A stretch of 64,000 nt of DNA, taken from positions 13,216 through 77,215 of the forward strand of contig CAZMFD010000005.1 in assembly GCA_964565445.1 (NCBI GenBank), read 5' to 3'. Source of the DNA: an uncultured Geobacteraceae bacterium (GTDB taxonomy: Bacteria; Desulfobacterota; Desulfuromonadia; Desulfuromonadales; Geopsychrobacteraceae). This document shows positions 1-8,609 of the stretch, piece after piece. The notes under the pieces are model-generated. The model was not told the DNA's origin and did no database searches. It saw only the letters and a program-made list of their open reading frames with translations. The stretch's first letter is position 1. Each line of letters begins with the position of its first letter. Position numbers and translations under genes: made by a program.

Positions 1-1
1 A

Positions 2-733
2 CGTGACCCCTATTCCGGACGCCATATGGGGGAGATCACTGACGAGTGGATTCAGACCCACAGTCTGAACCGCGAACAACAGGATGCTTATGCCAGACGC
101 TCTTACGAGCGCTCACAGGCGGCCATCAACAATGGTACTTTCAGTGATGAGCTGGTGCCGGTCATTATCAAGTCCCGCAAAGGGGAGATTACCATTGACA
201 CCGATGAAGAGCCTTTTCTCGGCTCGATTGATAAACTAGCGGAGTTGCGCCCCGCCTTCAGCAAGACTGGAACCATTACCGCCGGCAATGCCTCGACCAT
301 TAATGACGGTGCGGGAATCTCCCTGTTGGCCGCTGAAGAAGCAATAAAAACTCACAATCTTACGCCGATTGCCAGGCTGGTTGCCGGCGCAACTAACAGT
401 ATTCACCCTGACAAATTCCCTGAAGCTCCGGTCGATGCGATCAGCCAATGCTGCCGAAAAGCTGGTCTCAAATTGAGAGATATCGGCCTGTTCGAAATCA
501 ATGAAGCCTTTGCAGCTGTGCCCCTTGTCGCCATCCAGCAATTGGGTCTTGATCCCGAACGCGTCAATGTCAACGGCGGCGCCGTCTCAATCGGCCATCC
601 CATCGGCGCCAGCGGCGCACGGCTGACGGCGACTTTGCTGCGCGAGATGAAGGTCAGGGGCGAAAAATACGGCCTGGCTACCCTGTGCATTGGTGGTGGT
701 GAGGCGGTAGCGGCGATTTTTGAACTAGTTTAA
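2..733 (+). CDS. acetyl-CoA C-acetyltransferase (thiolase), C-terminal part; 5' end lies upstream of the window
   Basis: Frame is open from base 2. Translation shows thiolase motifs HMGEITDE, NEAFAAV, NVNGGAVSIGHPIGASGARL and the C-terminal LCIGGGEAVA box. Confidence 0.85.
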   Translation, partial: RDPYSGRHMGEITDEWIQTHSLNREQQDAYARRSYERSQAAINNGTFSDELVPVIIKSRKGEITIDTDEEPFLGSIDKLAELRPAFSKTGTITAGNASTINDGAGISLLAAEEAIKTHNLTPIARLVAGATNSIHPDKFPEAPVDAISQCCRKAGLKLRDIGLFEINEAFAAVPLVAIQQLGLDPERVNVNGGAVSIGHPIGASGARLTATLLREMKVRGEKYGLATLCIGGGEAVAAIFELV

Positions 734-744
734 CAACCGGGATT

Positions 745-936
745 ATCACACAGAGGCACGGAGACACAGGGGAAGAAAAGCTTTAATGGGTGAACCTTTT
801 AAAAGGATTAAAATTTCTGCTGCCCTAGCTTAAGCCTACCAGAAGAGAGTATCTTGAAAAGGCTTCTCGGGTCAGACCAAACAATAAAGCCTACATGCTT
901 TGAGATTTCCTCCGTGCCTCTGTGGCTTTGTGTGAT
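745..936. repeat. about 190-bp element bounded by about 19-nt inverted repeats
   Basis: ATCACACAGAGGCACGGAG (745-763) is complementary to CTCCGTGCCTCTGTG-gctt-TGTGTGAT (910-936). Lies between the thiolase and CoA-transferase genes. Confidence 0.6.
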
Positions 937-972
937 GAAATGAACTTTGTACTTTTTTATAGGAGAAAAACG

Positions 973-2331
973 ATGAAACCAATTCATACCGATGCCGCCA
1001 AAGCCCTCGAAGGACTGGTCAGTAACGACATGACCATCGCCGCCGGTGGCTTTGGTCTATGCGGCATTCCCGAAAATCTAATCAAGGCACTGCGTGACAG
1101 TGGCGCTAAAGGCCTGACTGTGGTCAGCAACAATGCCGGGGTCGATGATTTCGGCCTGGGCTGGCTGCTCAAAACCAGGCAGATCAAGAAGATGATTTCC
1201 TCCTACGTCGGTGAAAACGCCCTATTTGAACAACAGTATTTAAGTGGTGAGTTGGAGCTGGAACTGACTCCGCAAGGAACCTTGGCAGAAAAACTACGGG
1301 CCGGAGGCGCCGGTATTCCGGCGTTTTTCACCCGTACCGGCTTTGGGACAGTGCTGGCAGAAAATAAACCGATCCAGAGCTTTGGCGGCAAAGAGTATGT
1401 CATGGAAGAGAGTATTGTTGCAGATTTGGCTGTCGTCAAAGCCTGGAAAGCGGACAAGGCCGGCAACCTGATCTTCCGTTATACCGCCAATAATTTCAAC
1501 GCTGCCTGTGCCAAAGCTGGTCGCATCACTGTTGCTGAGGTCGAAGAGGTGGTCGAGATTGGCGAACTGGATCCCCATCAGATTCATGTACCCGGCAACT
1601 ATGTCGACCGCATCCTGATCAGCAGCCACCTGGAAAAGCCGATTGAGCAACGCACCTTGGCCGGCAAGATGACCGTCAAAGGCTTTACTCCAGCGCGCGA
1701 ATGGCAGGCAAAACGCATCAGCAAGGAATTCAAGGATGGCATGTACGCCAACCTTGGCATCGGCATGCCGACCCTGGTGGCCAACTATATCCCCGACAAC
1801 ATCACCATCACCCTGCATGCCGAAAACGGTCTGATGGGGGTCGGTCCCTTCCCGCAGGAAGGTCAAGAAGATGCTGACCTGATTAACGCCGGAAAACAGA
1901 CCATCACCTGGCTGCCCGGCGCCGCTTTTTTTGACAGTTCAGAATCCTTTGCCATGGTACGCGGTGGCCATATCGACATGTCAGTCCTCGGTGCCATGCA
2001 GGTTTCCCAATATGGCGATCTGGCCAACTGGATGATTCCCGGCAGTATGGTCAAGGGGCCGGGCGGCGCCATGGATCTGGTCTCCGGAGTCAAGAAAATC
2101 GTCATCATGATGGATCACTGTGCCAAGGACGGCACCTCGAAACTGATGGCCGATTGCACCCTGCCGCTGACCGGTAAAAATGTTGTTGATATGGTCGTCA
2201 CTGACCTGGCGGTTTTTCAGATCGATGCCGAAAAAGGGCTGACCCTGATTGAGCTGGCACCGGGATCGACTCTTGAGCTGGTCAAAGAGAAAACCGCCTG
2301 TCCTTTCCATATTGCTGACAACTTGAAATAA
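973..2331 (+). CDS. 3-oxoacid (acetoacetate) CoA-transferase, subunits A and B fused in one polypeptide
   Basis: ATG at 973 follows an AGGAGA RBS; the track ORF starts upstream at 922. The N-half carries the subunit-A type GGFGLCGIPENL. The C-half carries the subunit-B (S)ENG catalytic-Glu motif LHAENGLMGVGP. Confidence 0.8.
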   Translation: MKPIHTDAAKALEGLVSNDMTIAAGGFGLCGIPENLIKALRDSGAKGLTVVSNNAGVDDFGLGWLLKTRQIKKMISSYVGENALFEQQYLSGELELELTPQGTLAEKLRAGGAGIPAFFTRTGFGTVLAENKPIQSFGGKEYVMEESIVADLAVVKAWKADKAGNLIFRYTANNFNAACAKAGRITVAEVEEVVEIGELDPHQIHVPGNYVDRILISSHLEKPIEQRTLAGKMTVKGFTPAREWQAKRISKEFKDGMYANLGIGMPTLVANYIPDNITITLHAENGLMGVGPFPQEGQEDADLINAGKQTITWLPGAAFFDSSESFAMVRGGHIDMSVLGAMQVSQYGDLANWMIPGSMVKGPGGAMDLVSGVKKIVIMMDHCAKDGTSKLMADCTLPLTGKNVVDMVVTDLAVFQIDAEKGLTLIELAPGSTLELVKEKTACPFHIADNLK

Positions 2332-2348
2332 CCAAGGAGAGCACCTGT

Positions 2349-3107
2349 ATGACTCAACGTATTGCAGTGGTAACCGGTGCCGCCAGCGGTATCGGCCTGG
2401 CTATCGCCAAAGCACTAGCCAGTAACGGCGACAAGGTGGTTCTGGCCGACATCAATGAAGAAGCCGGAATCATGGAAGCAAACAATATCGATGGCATCTT
2501 CATCAAGGCCGATCTCAGCACAACCGCTGGCTGTCGTGCTCTGGCAGATGCGGTGCTTGAAACCTGCGGAGGCTGCGACATTCTGGTTAACAACGCCGGC
2601 ATTCAGCATGTGGCTCCCATTGAAGCGTTCCCAGAGGAAAAATGGACATTCATTATCAACCTGATGCTGACTGCACCTTTCTTACTGACCAAATATTTCT
2701 GGCCATCCATGCGCGAAAACAGCTGGGGCAGGATTATCAATCTGAATTCCGTCCACGGCCTACGCGCATCCGAATTTAAAGTCGCCTATGTTTCCGCCAA
2801 GCACGGCATGAATGGTCTGACCAAAACGACGGCGTTGGAAGGAGCTCCTTACGGGATCACCGTCAATAGTGTCTGCCCCGGCTATGTGCGCACCCCGCTG
2901 GTCGATAACCAGATCGAAGATCAGGCAAAAACTCACGGTATCAGCCGCGAAGAGGTCCTGGAAAAAGTTCTACTGAAAAAACAGGCGATTAAACGAATGG
3001 TCGAACCTGATGAGCTCGGTGAGGTTGTGGTGTTTCTCTGCTCTGACGCCGCACGCTGCATCACCGGCAGCACAATGACGGTTGATTGCGGCTGGACAGC
3101 CAACTAG
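2349..3107 (+). CDS. bdhA: 3-hydroxybutyrate dehydrogenase (short-chain dehydrogenase/reductase)
   Basis: Rossmann motif TGAASGIGLAIA, catalytic YVSAKHG (YxxxK), BDH-typical NNAGIQHVAPIEAFPEEKW. GGAGA RBS upstream. Sits next to the CoA-transferase and thiolase genes. Confidence 0.75.
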   Translation: MTQRIAVVTGAASGIGLAIAKALASNGDKVVLADINEEAGIMEANNIDGIFIKADLSTTAGCRALADAVLETCGGCDILVNNAGIQHVAPIEAFPEEKWTFIINLMLTAPFLLTKYFWPSMRENSWGRIINLNSVHGLRASEFKVAYVSAKHGMNGLTKTTALEGAPYGITVNSVCPGYVRTPLVDNQIEDQAKTHGISREEVLEKVLLKKQAIKRMVEPDELGEVVVFLCSDAARCITGSTMTVDCGWTAN

Positions 3108-3138
3108 CTTCTGGCCGGCAAACAAGGTAATATGTTGT

Positions 3139-4491
3139 ATGGATAAAAAGCTTCTTGAGGCCATCTTCGACAATCTTTATAACGGCATTTATGTCGTCGA
3201 CGGAAACGGTGTCACCGTCGGTGTCAACAAAACCTTTGAAGAAATGTCGGGCTTTACCAATGAGGAGCTGGTGGGACGCAGTCTGTATGATCTGGTCGGC
3301 AAGGATAACTATTTTTCCGGCTCAGCCAGCCTCCTGGTACTTGAACGCAAGCGCCCGGTTACGGCAACTTACTCGACCAGCACCAACCGCAAATTGCTGG
3401 TTAGAGGGCGACCGATTTTTAAAGCTACAGGGGATATTGAATACGTTATCAACACTATCTGGGATCTGACAGTGGTTCAATACAGCCAGCAGATTGATGC
3501 TGATACTGCTCGTAACCAACGGCTCAGCGAGGATGATATCATCACCTGCAGCGACAAGATGATGGAAATCATCGATCTGGCATTGCGGGTTGCGGCGACC
3601 GATTCGACCATCCTCTTAACTGGCGAATCAGGAGTCGGCAAAAGCCTGCTGGCCAGAACCATTCATCGGTCCAGTGAACGCAAGACCAAAGCACTGATGC
3701 AGATCAATTGTGCTGCCATCCCTGAAAACCTCATCGAATCGGAACTTTTCGGCTACGAATCAGGTGCGTTCACTGGCGCTGATCAAAAAGGCAAGGCTGG
3801 ACTGCTGGAAATGGCAGAAGGAGGTACCGTTTTTCTCGACGAAATCACTGAACTTCCACTACATCTTCAATCTAAATTGCTGGGCGTGATCCAGGACAAG
3901 GAATTTTATCGGGTCGGCGGACGCAAGATTCAGCACACTGATATCCGGCTGATCGCCGCCACCAATAAAAACCTGGCAGAATTGGTCAGTCTCGGACTGT
4001 TCCGTGAAGATCTGTTTTACCGTCTTAATGTCGTTCCGATCACTATCCCTCCTTTAAGAGAACGCCGCGAGGATATACCGACCCTGATTCAGCATTTCAT
4101 CGATAAGTACAACCGCAAGTACAACTGCTACAAAAAGCTTACCGAAACCCTGATCAAACAATTAGTCAGCATGACCTGGAAGGGAAATATCCGCGAACTG
4201 GAAAATGTTGTGGAACGTTGTATCGTTACCTCCGTCGGGGATATTATTACCCCGGACAAAGCCCAGATTCCTGGATTAAGAACAACATTTTCCGAAGGTC
4301 TAAGCCTCAAAGACATGCTGGCAGAACGAGAACGGGAAATCCTGTTGCAATCGCAGGAGCAATATGGAACCAGTCGCCGTGTCGCGGCAGCATTGGGAAT
4401 AAGTCAAGCAAGTGCAGCGAGAAAACTCAAACAGATCAACATTCAAAAAAAACCTGAAATTCTCGCTTTCATGCACCAAAAGAGCGAATAA
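3139..4491 (+). CDS. sigma-54-dependent transcriptional activator with N-terminal PAS domain
   Basis: ATG at 3139 (MDKKLLEAIF). PAS-like N-terminus, AAA+ Walker A GESGVGKS, GAFTGA loop (YESGAFTGA), Walker B VFLDEITE, C-terminal Fis-type HTH (GTSRRVAAALGISQASAARKLK). Confidence 0.85.
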   Translation: MDKKLLEAIFDNLYNGIYVVDGNGVTVGVNKTFEEMSGFTNEELVGRSLYDLVGKDNYFSGSASLLVLERKRPVTATYSTSTNRKLLVRGRPIFKATGDIEYVINTIWDLTVVQYSQQIDADTARNQRLSEDDIITCSDKMMEIIDLALRVAATDSTILLTGESGVGKSLLARTIHRSSERKTKALMQINCAAIPENLIESELFGYESGAFTGADQKGKAGLLEMAEGGTVFLDEITELPLHLQSKLLGVIQDKEFYRVGGRKIQHTDIRLIAATNKNLAELVSLGLFREDLFYRLNVVPITIPPLRERREDIPTLIQHFIDKYNRKYNCYKKLTETLIKQLVSMTWKGNIRELENVVERCIVTSVGDIITPDKAQIPGLRTTFSEGLSLKDMLAEREREILLQSQEQYGTSRRVAAALGISQASAARKLKQINIQKKPEILAFMHQKSE

Positions 4492-4533
4492 AAAGACAAG
4501 TTTTCGCTTAAGAAAAAACAATGTTTTATTGTC

Positions 4534-4589
4534 TTGACATTAAAAACAAAAAAAATTATTTTGTCAAAAATTGGTAATGCCAATTTACC
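4534..4589 (+). promoter_or_regulatory. candidate sigma-70 promoter (TTGACA-N17-TATTTT) plus FadR/GntR-type palindromic operator ATTGGTAATGCCAAT
   Basis: TTGACA at 4534-4539 and TATTTT at 4557-4562. Palindrome TTGGTAATGCCAA at 4571-4583. The 19-mer at 4571-4589 matches 8491-8509 at 17/19 positions. Confidence 0.5.
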
Positions 4590-4629
4590 TCTACAATGGT
4601 CATGCTGTCATACAATAATCAATTTAGAC

Positions 4630-4649
4630 CTGACGGACTTGCCCGTCAG
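4630..4649 (+). other. perfect 7-bp hairpin in the dctP 5' leader
   Basis: CTGACGG-acttgc-CCGTCAG, 35 nt upstream of the dctP ATG, with no T-run. Confidence 0.4.
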
Positions 4650-4684
4650 ACCAACCCCAACTTCAACAACAAGGAGAAAACGCA

Positions 4685-5842
4685 ATGAATCGATTTAGAA
4701 TGTTAATCGGTCTGGTTCTGATCCTGACCCTGGCACTGGCGCCTAATGCTTTTGCCGCTAAACGCGACAAGTTTGGCGTTGACAAACGCCACGAAGAAGT
4801 CAAAAGAGAACTGCGTACCATAAAACCATCGACCGAAACGTTCCGTTGGAAAATGGTCATGCCCTGGTCAAAGGGTCTGTTGTTCTTTGATATGGCTCAA
4901 CACTTTGCTGACTCGGTAGCCCTGGCATCCGGTGGCCGCCTGGAAATCAAACTGTTCTCGGCTGGTGAACTGGTTGGCGCCATGGAGTCCTTTGATGCCG
5001 TCAGTAAGGGTTCCGCAGAGATCGGCCACGACTGGCCGGGCTACTGGAAAGGTAAGAATGAAAACTTTGTTTCCTTTGCTTCCGTGCCTTTTGGTCTGGA
5101 TGCCGAAGGCTACAACATCTGGCTCTATGAGCGCGGCGGTCTCGAACAAATGCAGGAGCTCTATGGTCGTTACAACCTTTATGCCCTTCCCGGCGGCAAT
5201 GGTGGTCAGGAAATGGGCCTCTTCTCCAACGTAAAAGCAACCAAAATGGCCGACTACTCTGGCATGCGCATCCGTACTCCAGGTTGGAACATGGACATCC
5301 TGAACTCCCTCGGAGCTTCCGTTTCTCCTCTGCCCGGTGGCGAAGTTTATCTTGCTCTTGAGCGTGGCGTTATTGATGCAGCAGAGTTCTCAACACCGGC
5401 GATGAACTGGCCGATGGGCTTTGATGAAATCACCGAGTTTGTCATCTCCCCCGGCGCGCATCAGCCCTCCGTTCAGTCCGCTCTCTTCATTAACATGGAT
5501 GCCTGGAACGAACTCCCCGCTGACCTGCAGTGGATCGTAAAAATTGCTGCCAAAGAAACTCAGCTCTGGTCTAACGCCTGGCAGGAAAACCTGAATATCG
5601 AAGCCATCAACATGTTTAAAGAGAAAGTCGAGTTCGTCAAGATGGACGACGAAGCCATCACCGCCTTTGCCAAGCGCACCAAGGAATATCTCGAAGAGCT
5701 CAAAGAACAATATCCCGACGTCAAGAAAACCCTCGATTCGCAGGAACAATTCAAGATCGACTTTGCTGACTGGCGTGAAATCCGCAGTGGCCTGACCCCA
5801 TGGCCGATTGATGATTTCATCGACGGTAAAAGAACCCAGTAA
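4685..5842 (+). CDS. dctP: TRAP transporter substrate-binding protein (DctP type)
   Basis: AAGGAGA RBS. Signal peptide MNRFRMLIGLVLILTLALAPNAFA. Followed by small and large TRAP permease genes in the canonical P-Q-M order. Confidence 0.75.
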   Translation: MNRFRMLIGLVLILTLALAPNAFAAKRDKFGVDKRHEEVKRELRTIKPSTETFRWKMVMPWSKGLLFFDMAQHFADSVALASGGRLEIKLFSAGELVGAMESFDAVSKGSAEIGHDWPGYWKGKNENFVSFASVPFGLDAEGYNIWLYERGGLEQMQELYGRYNLYALPGGNGGQEMGLFSNVKATKMADYSGMRIRTPGWNMDILNSLGASVSPLPGGEVYLALERGVIDAAEFSTPAMNWPMGFDEITEFVISPGAHQPSVQSALFINMDAWNELPADLQWIVKIAAKETQLWSNAWQENLNIEAINMFKEKVEFVKMDDEAITAFAKRTKEYLEELKEQYPDVKKTLDSQEQFKIDFADWREIRSGLTPWPIDDFIDGKRTQ

Positions 5843-5865
5843 ATCAATCTTATTACCGTTAATTG

Positions 5866-5896
5866 GCGGGAGTCCTGAGGGACTCCCGCTTTTCTT
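5866..5896 (+). terminator. intra-operon rho-independent terminator/attenuator between dctP and dctQ
   Basis: Perfect 10-bp stem GCGGGAGTCC-tgag-GGACTCCCGC followed by TTTTCTT. Confidence 0.7.
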
Positions 5897-5929
5897 GCTA
5901 CCCATAGTGACGATTAAAGCGAGAAACTC

Positions 5930-6421
5930 ATGTCTATCATTGAAAATTCCATCAACAACCTGAACGAACGCGTTGGCAAACTGACCGGATATCTGATTAT
6001 CCCGCTGTTTCTGGTGGTAGTTTGTGAAGTCTTTATGCGCTATGCATTAAATGCCCCGACGGTCTGGGCCTTTGAAGCTACAACGCTCCTATACGGCTGC
6101 CATTTTGCCCTCGGTTTCGCTTATACCTACAAATATGACGGTCATGTTGCCATTGATGTTTTTGAGTCGCGGCTTGACACCAGGCCTCGAGCCATACTGA
6201 GAATTATAGTTTCACTGGTGCTGTTTATCCCGACCATGGGGATGATGGCCATGGCAGGGATCCGTTATGCCGCCAACTCCTGGGGAAACTGGGAACTGGC
6301 GTCATCCTCCTGGGCGCCCCCGCTGTATCCCTTTAAGACGATCATGGCCATCGGCTTTGTGCTGTTGTTGCTTCAGGGAATCGCCAAGCTGATCTGCGAC
6401 TTTCGTTCGTTAAAAAACTAA
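5930..6421 (+). CDS. dctQ: TRAP transporter small permease (DctQ type)
   Basis: 163 aa with four hydrophobic segments, located between the binding-protein gene and the large permease gene. Confidence 0.7.
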   Translation: MSIIENSINNLNERVGKLTGYLIIPLFLVVVCEVFMRYALNAPTVWAFEATTLLYGCHFALGFAYTYKYDGHVAIDVFESRLDTRPRAILRIIVSLVLFIPTMGMMAMAGIRYAANSWGNWELASSSWAPPLYPFKTIMAIGFVLLLLQGIAKLICDFRSLKN

Positions 6422-6451
6422 CATCACCTTTCTGGTCTGGAGATATCAATA

Positions 6452-7795
6452 ATGAGTCCGGAGATAATGACAATTCTCATGTTCGCTACCCTGATGCTGA
6501 TGATTGCCCTGGGACATCCCCTGGCAATCACCCTGGCAGCGGTCGCCACTTTATACGGCTTGATTGACAACGGCGGCAACATCCTGCCCCTGTTCGATCT
6601 GTTTTTGAATAACAGCTGGGGCATCTTTCTCAACTATGTTCTTGTTGCCATCCCATTATTTATCTTCATGGCTCAGATTCTTGATCGATCCAAGGTCTCC
6701 GAAGGTCTGTTTGACGCTCTGTACATCGTCCTGGGCGGGTTGCGAGGCGGGCTTGGCATGGCGGTCATTGTCGTTTCAACCGTGTTTGCCGCGACCACCG
6801 GCATTATCGGCGCATCTGTCGTCGCCATGGGGCTAATGGCCGGACCGGCACTGCTGCGCCGTGGCTATGAACGCGGCCTGTCTGCGGGCATTATCTGCTC
6901 TTCAGGAACCCTGGGAATTCTGATTCCACCAAGCATCATGCTGGTAGTATACGGTGGACTGACCGGCCTGAAAGAGACTTCAGTCGGAAACCTGTTTGCC
7001 GGAGCTATCTTGCCCGGCATACTATTATCCGGCATGTATCTGGCTTACGTCGCAATTCGCTGCACCATCAATCCCAAACTGGGACCAGTTATCCCGATCG
7101 AGGATCGTACTTATTCCCTCGGCCAAAAAGCGATGATGACGCTTAAGAGTTTTGTTCCACCATTCGGCCTGATCCTGACCGTTATGGGAACAATTCTCGC
7201 GGGGATTGCTACCCCGACCGAAGCAGCAGCCCTGGGCTGCTTAGGCGCATTAATCCTGGCCGCCTTCAATAAAAAACTGACCTGGCAGATGTTTCGGCTG
7301 GCTGCTGATTCAACCCTGAAGACAACCTGCATGATCATGCTCCTGTTTATCGGCGGTAAAGTGTTCAGTGTGGTCTTTTTGAGTATGGGTGGTGGTGATG
7401 TTGTCGCTGATCTGCTGCTGGGAATGGACGTAAACGAATACGTTATTCTGGCCATCATGATGCTGGTCGTCTTTATTATGGGAATGTTTATCGACTGGGC
7501 GGCGATCCTGCTGGTTGTGGTGCCGATCTTCACACCGATCGCCATGGACCTCGATTTTAATCCTCTGTGGTTTGCCATGTTGGTTTGTATTAACCTGCAA
7601 ACATCCTTCTTAACCCCCCCTTTTGGTTACGCCCTGTTCTACTTCAAGGGGGTTGCGCCGCCGGAGTACAGCATGGGGGACATTTATCGAGGAATAATAC
7701 CCTTCGTCCTGATTCAGATTGTCGGACTGGCGGCTATCATCGCCTTTCCACAAATCGTCACCTGGTTGCCTGATATCTTTTTCGGACGCCGGTAG
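6452..7795 (+). CDS. dctM: TRAP transporter large permease (DctM type)
   Basis: 447-aa polytopic membrane protein. Size and operon position fit DctM. Confidence 0.75.
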   Translation: MSPEIMTILMFATLMLMIALGHPLAITLAAVATLYGLIDNGGNILPLFDLFLNNSWGIFLNYVLVAIPLFIFMAQILDRSKVSEGLFDALYIVLGGLRGGLGMAVIVVSTVFAATTGIIGASVVAMGLMAGPALLRRGYERGLSAGIICSSGTLGILIPPSIMLVVYGGLTGLKETSVGNLFAGAILPGILLSGMYLAYVAIRCTINPKLGPVIPIEDRTYSLGQKAMMTLKSFVPPFGLILTVMGTILAGIATPTEAAALGCLGALILAAFNKKLTWQMFRLAADSTLKTTCMIMLLFIGGKVFSVVFLSMGGGDVVADLLLGMDVNEYVILAIMMLVVFIMGMFIDWAAILLVVVPIFTPIAMDLDFNPLWFAMLVCINLQTSFLTPPFGYALFYFKGVAPPEYSMGDIYRGIIPFVLIQIVGLAAIIAFPQIVTWLPDIFFGRR

Positions 7796-7834
7796 AGTGA
7801 CTGCATTTTAACTCCTTAGTTGGGGATATTAACT

Positions 7835-8344
7835 ATGTTGCCTAAAATTAAAAAAATTCTTTACGCGACCGCCATGGAACCCAGTGCTCCCTATGTCTTT
7901 CGCTATGCCCTGATGTCAGCCAAACAGTACGACGCACAGATCGTTGCCGTCTCGGTCCTGGAAAAACTATCGCCCTTTGCCAACAGCCTGGTGGAGCTAC
8001 ATATTTCTCAATCACAGTCCAAAGAGATCCACGAAAAGGCCCAGGGTCAGGCGAAAGAGCGCCTCAAGGAGCGGATTGAACGGCTTTCCGCAGCGGAGTG
8101 CGGTACTGACCCGCAATATGCCGCACGGCTCGATGACATTATCATTAAAGAAGGCCCCCCATCTCAGGTTATTCTGTCAGTCGCCAAGGAGCAAAAGGTC
8201 GATTTGATCATTATGGGCTCCCATCGGCGCTCAGTACTCGAAAATGCCGTTCTTGGAAGTACCACCAGCAAGGTACTGCACAGTTCAACAATACCAGTAC
8301 TGGTTGTGCCGGTTCCGGACGGCTATCACGAAGAAGGCTATTAG
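7835..8344 (+). CDS. universal stress protein (UspA family)
   Basis: ATG at 7835; the track start at 7820 is TTG. C-terminal Usp ATP-binding pattern IIMGSHRRS...GSTTSKVLHSSTIPVLVV. Confidence 0.75.
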   Translation: MLPKIKKILYATAMEPSAPYVFRYALMSAKQYDAQIVAVSVLEKLSPFANSLVELHISQSQSKEIHEKAQGQAKERLKERIERLSAAECGTDPQYAARLDDIIIKEGPPSQVILSVAKEQKVDLIIMGSHRRSVLENAVLGSTTSKVLHSSTIPVLVVPVPDGYHEEGY

Positions 8345-8355
8345 TTGTCAACATA

Positions 8356-8400
8356 CCGCATGCAGCCGATAAAAATCAGGCTGCATGCGGACATATCTTT
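8356..8400 (+). terminator. terminator after the usp gene
   Basis: 12-bp stem CCGCATGCAGCC-N11-GGCTGCATGCGG. The downstream T-tract is weak (ACATATCTTT). Confidence 0.55.
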
Positions 8401-8460
8401 CCAACTCCACGCAAACACTCCTCTCTCATCTCTACTTACAAAAAACAACGTTATATTTAC

Positions 8461-8528
8461 TTGACATAATATCTACAGGTGTCCTATCTTTTGGTATTAC
8501 CAATTTACCACATTACCATTTTACCAAA
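8461..8528 (+). promoter_or_regulatory. candidate sigma-70 promoter (TTGACA-N18-TATCTT), perfect palindromic operator TTGGTA-T-TACCAA, and four phased TTACCA octamers
   Basis: TTGACA at 8461-8466 and TATCTT at 8485-8490. Palindrome at 8491-8503. TTACCA occurs at 8497, 8505, 8513 and 8521, an exact 8-nt period. Confidence 0.5.
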
Positions 8529-8609
8529 AAAGATAACTTGCTCAATGCTGTCATCTCTCGTGTTGAATATGGCAGCAAAAGCGCTCTATAAGAAACCACG
8601 AGGCTCCCC

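Noticed and set aside
8570-8585. Sigma-54-like element TGGCAG-N5-GCGCT, 25 nt upstream of the GlcD-like ATG.
   Set aside because: Only the GG/GC dinucleotides at the correct spacing match, and the -12 TTGC is missing. About one such match is expected by chance across the intergenic DNA of this window. No canonical TGGCAC-N5-TTGC was found upstream of the TRAP operon (4492-4684) or in the 15649-16006 spacer on either strand.
8385-8591. 68-aa ORF in the usp/GlcD-like intergenic region.
   Set aside because: It runs straight through the terminator hairpin, the TTGACA promoter, the palindromic operator and the TTACCA array. It has low-complexity composition and no RBS.
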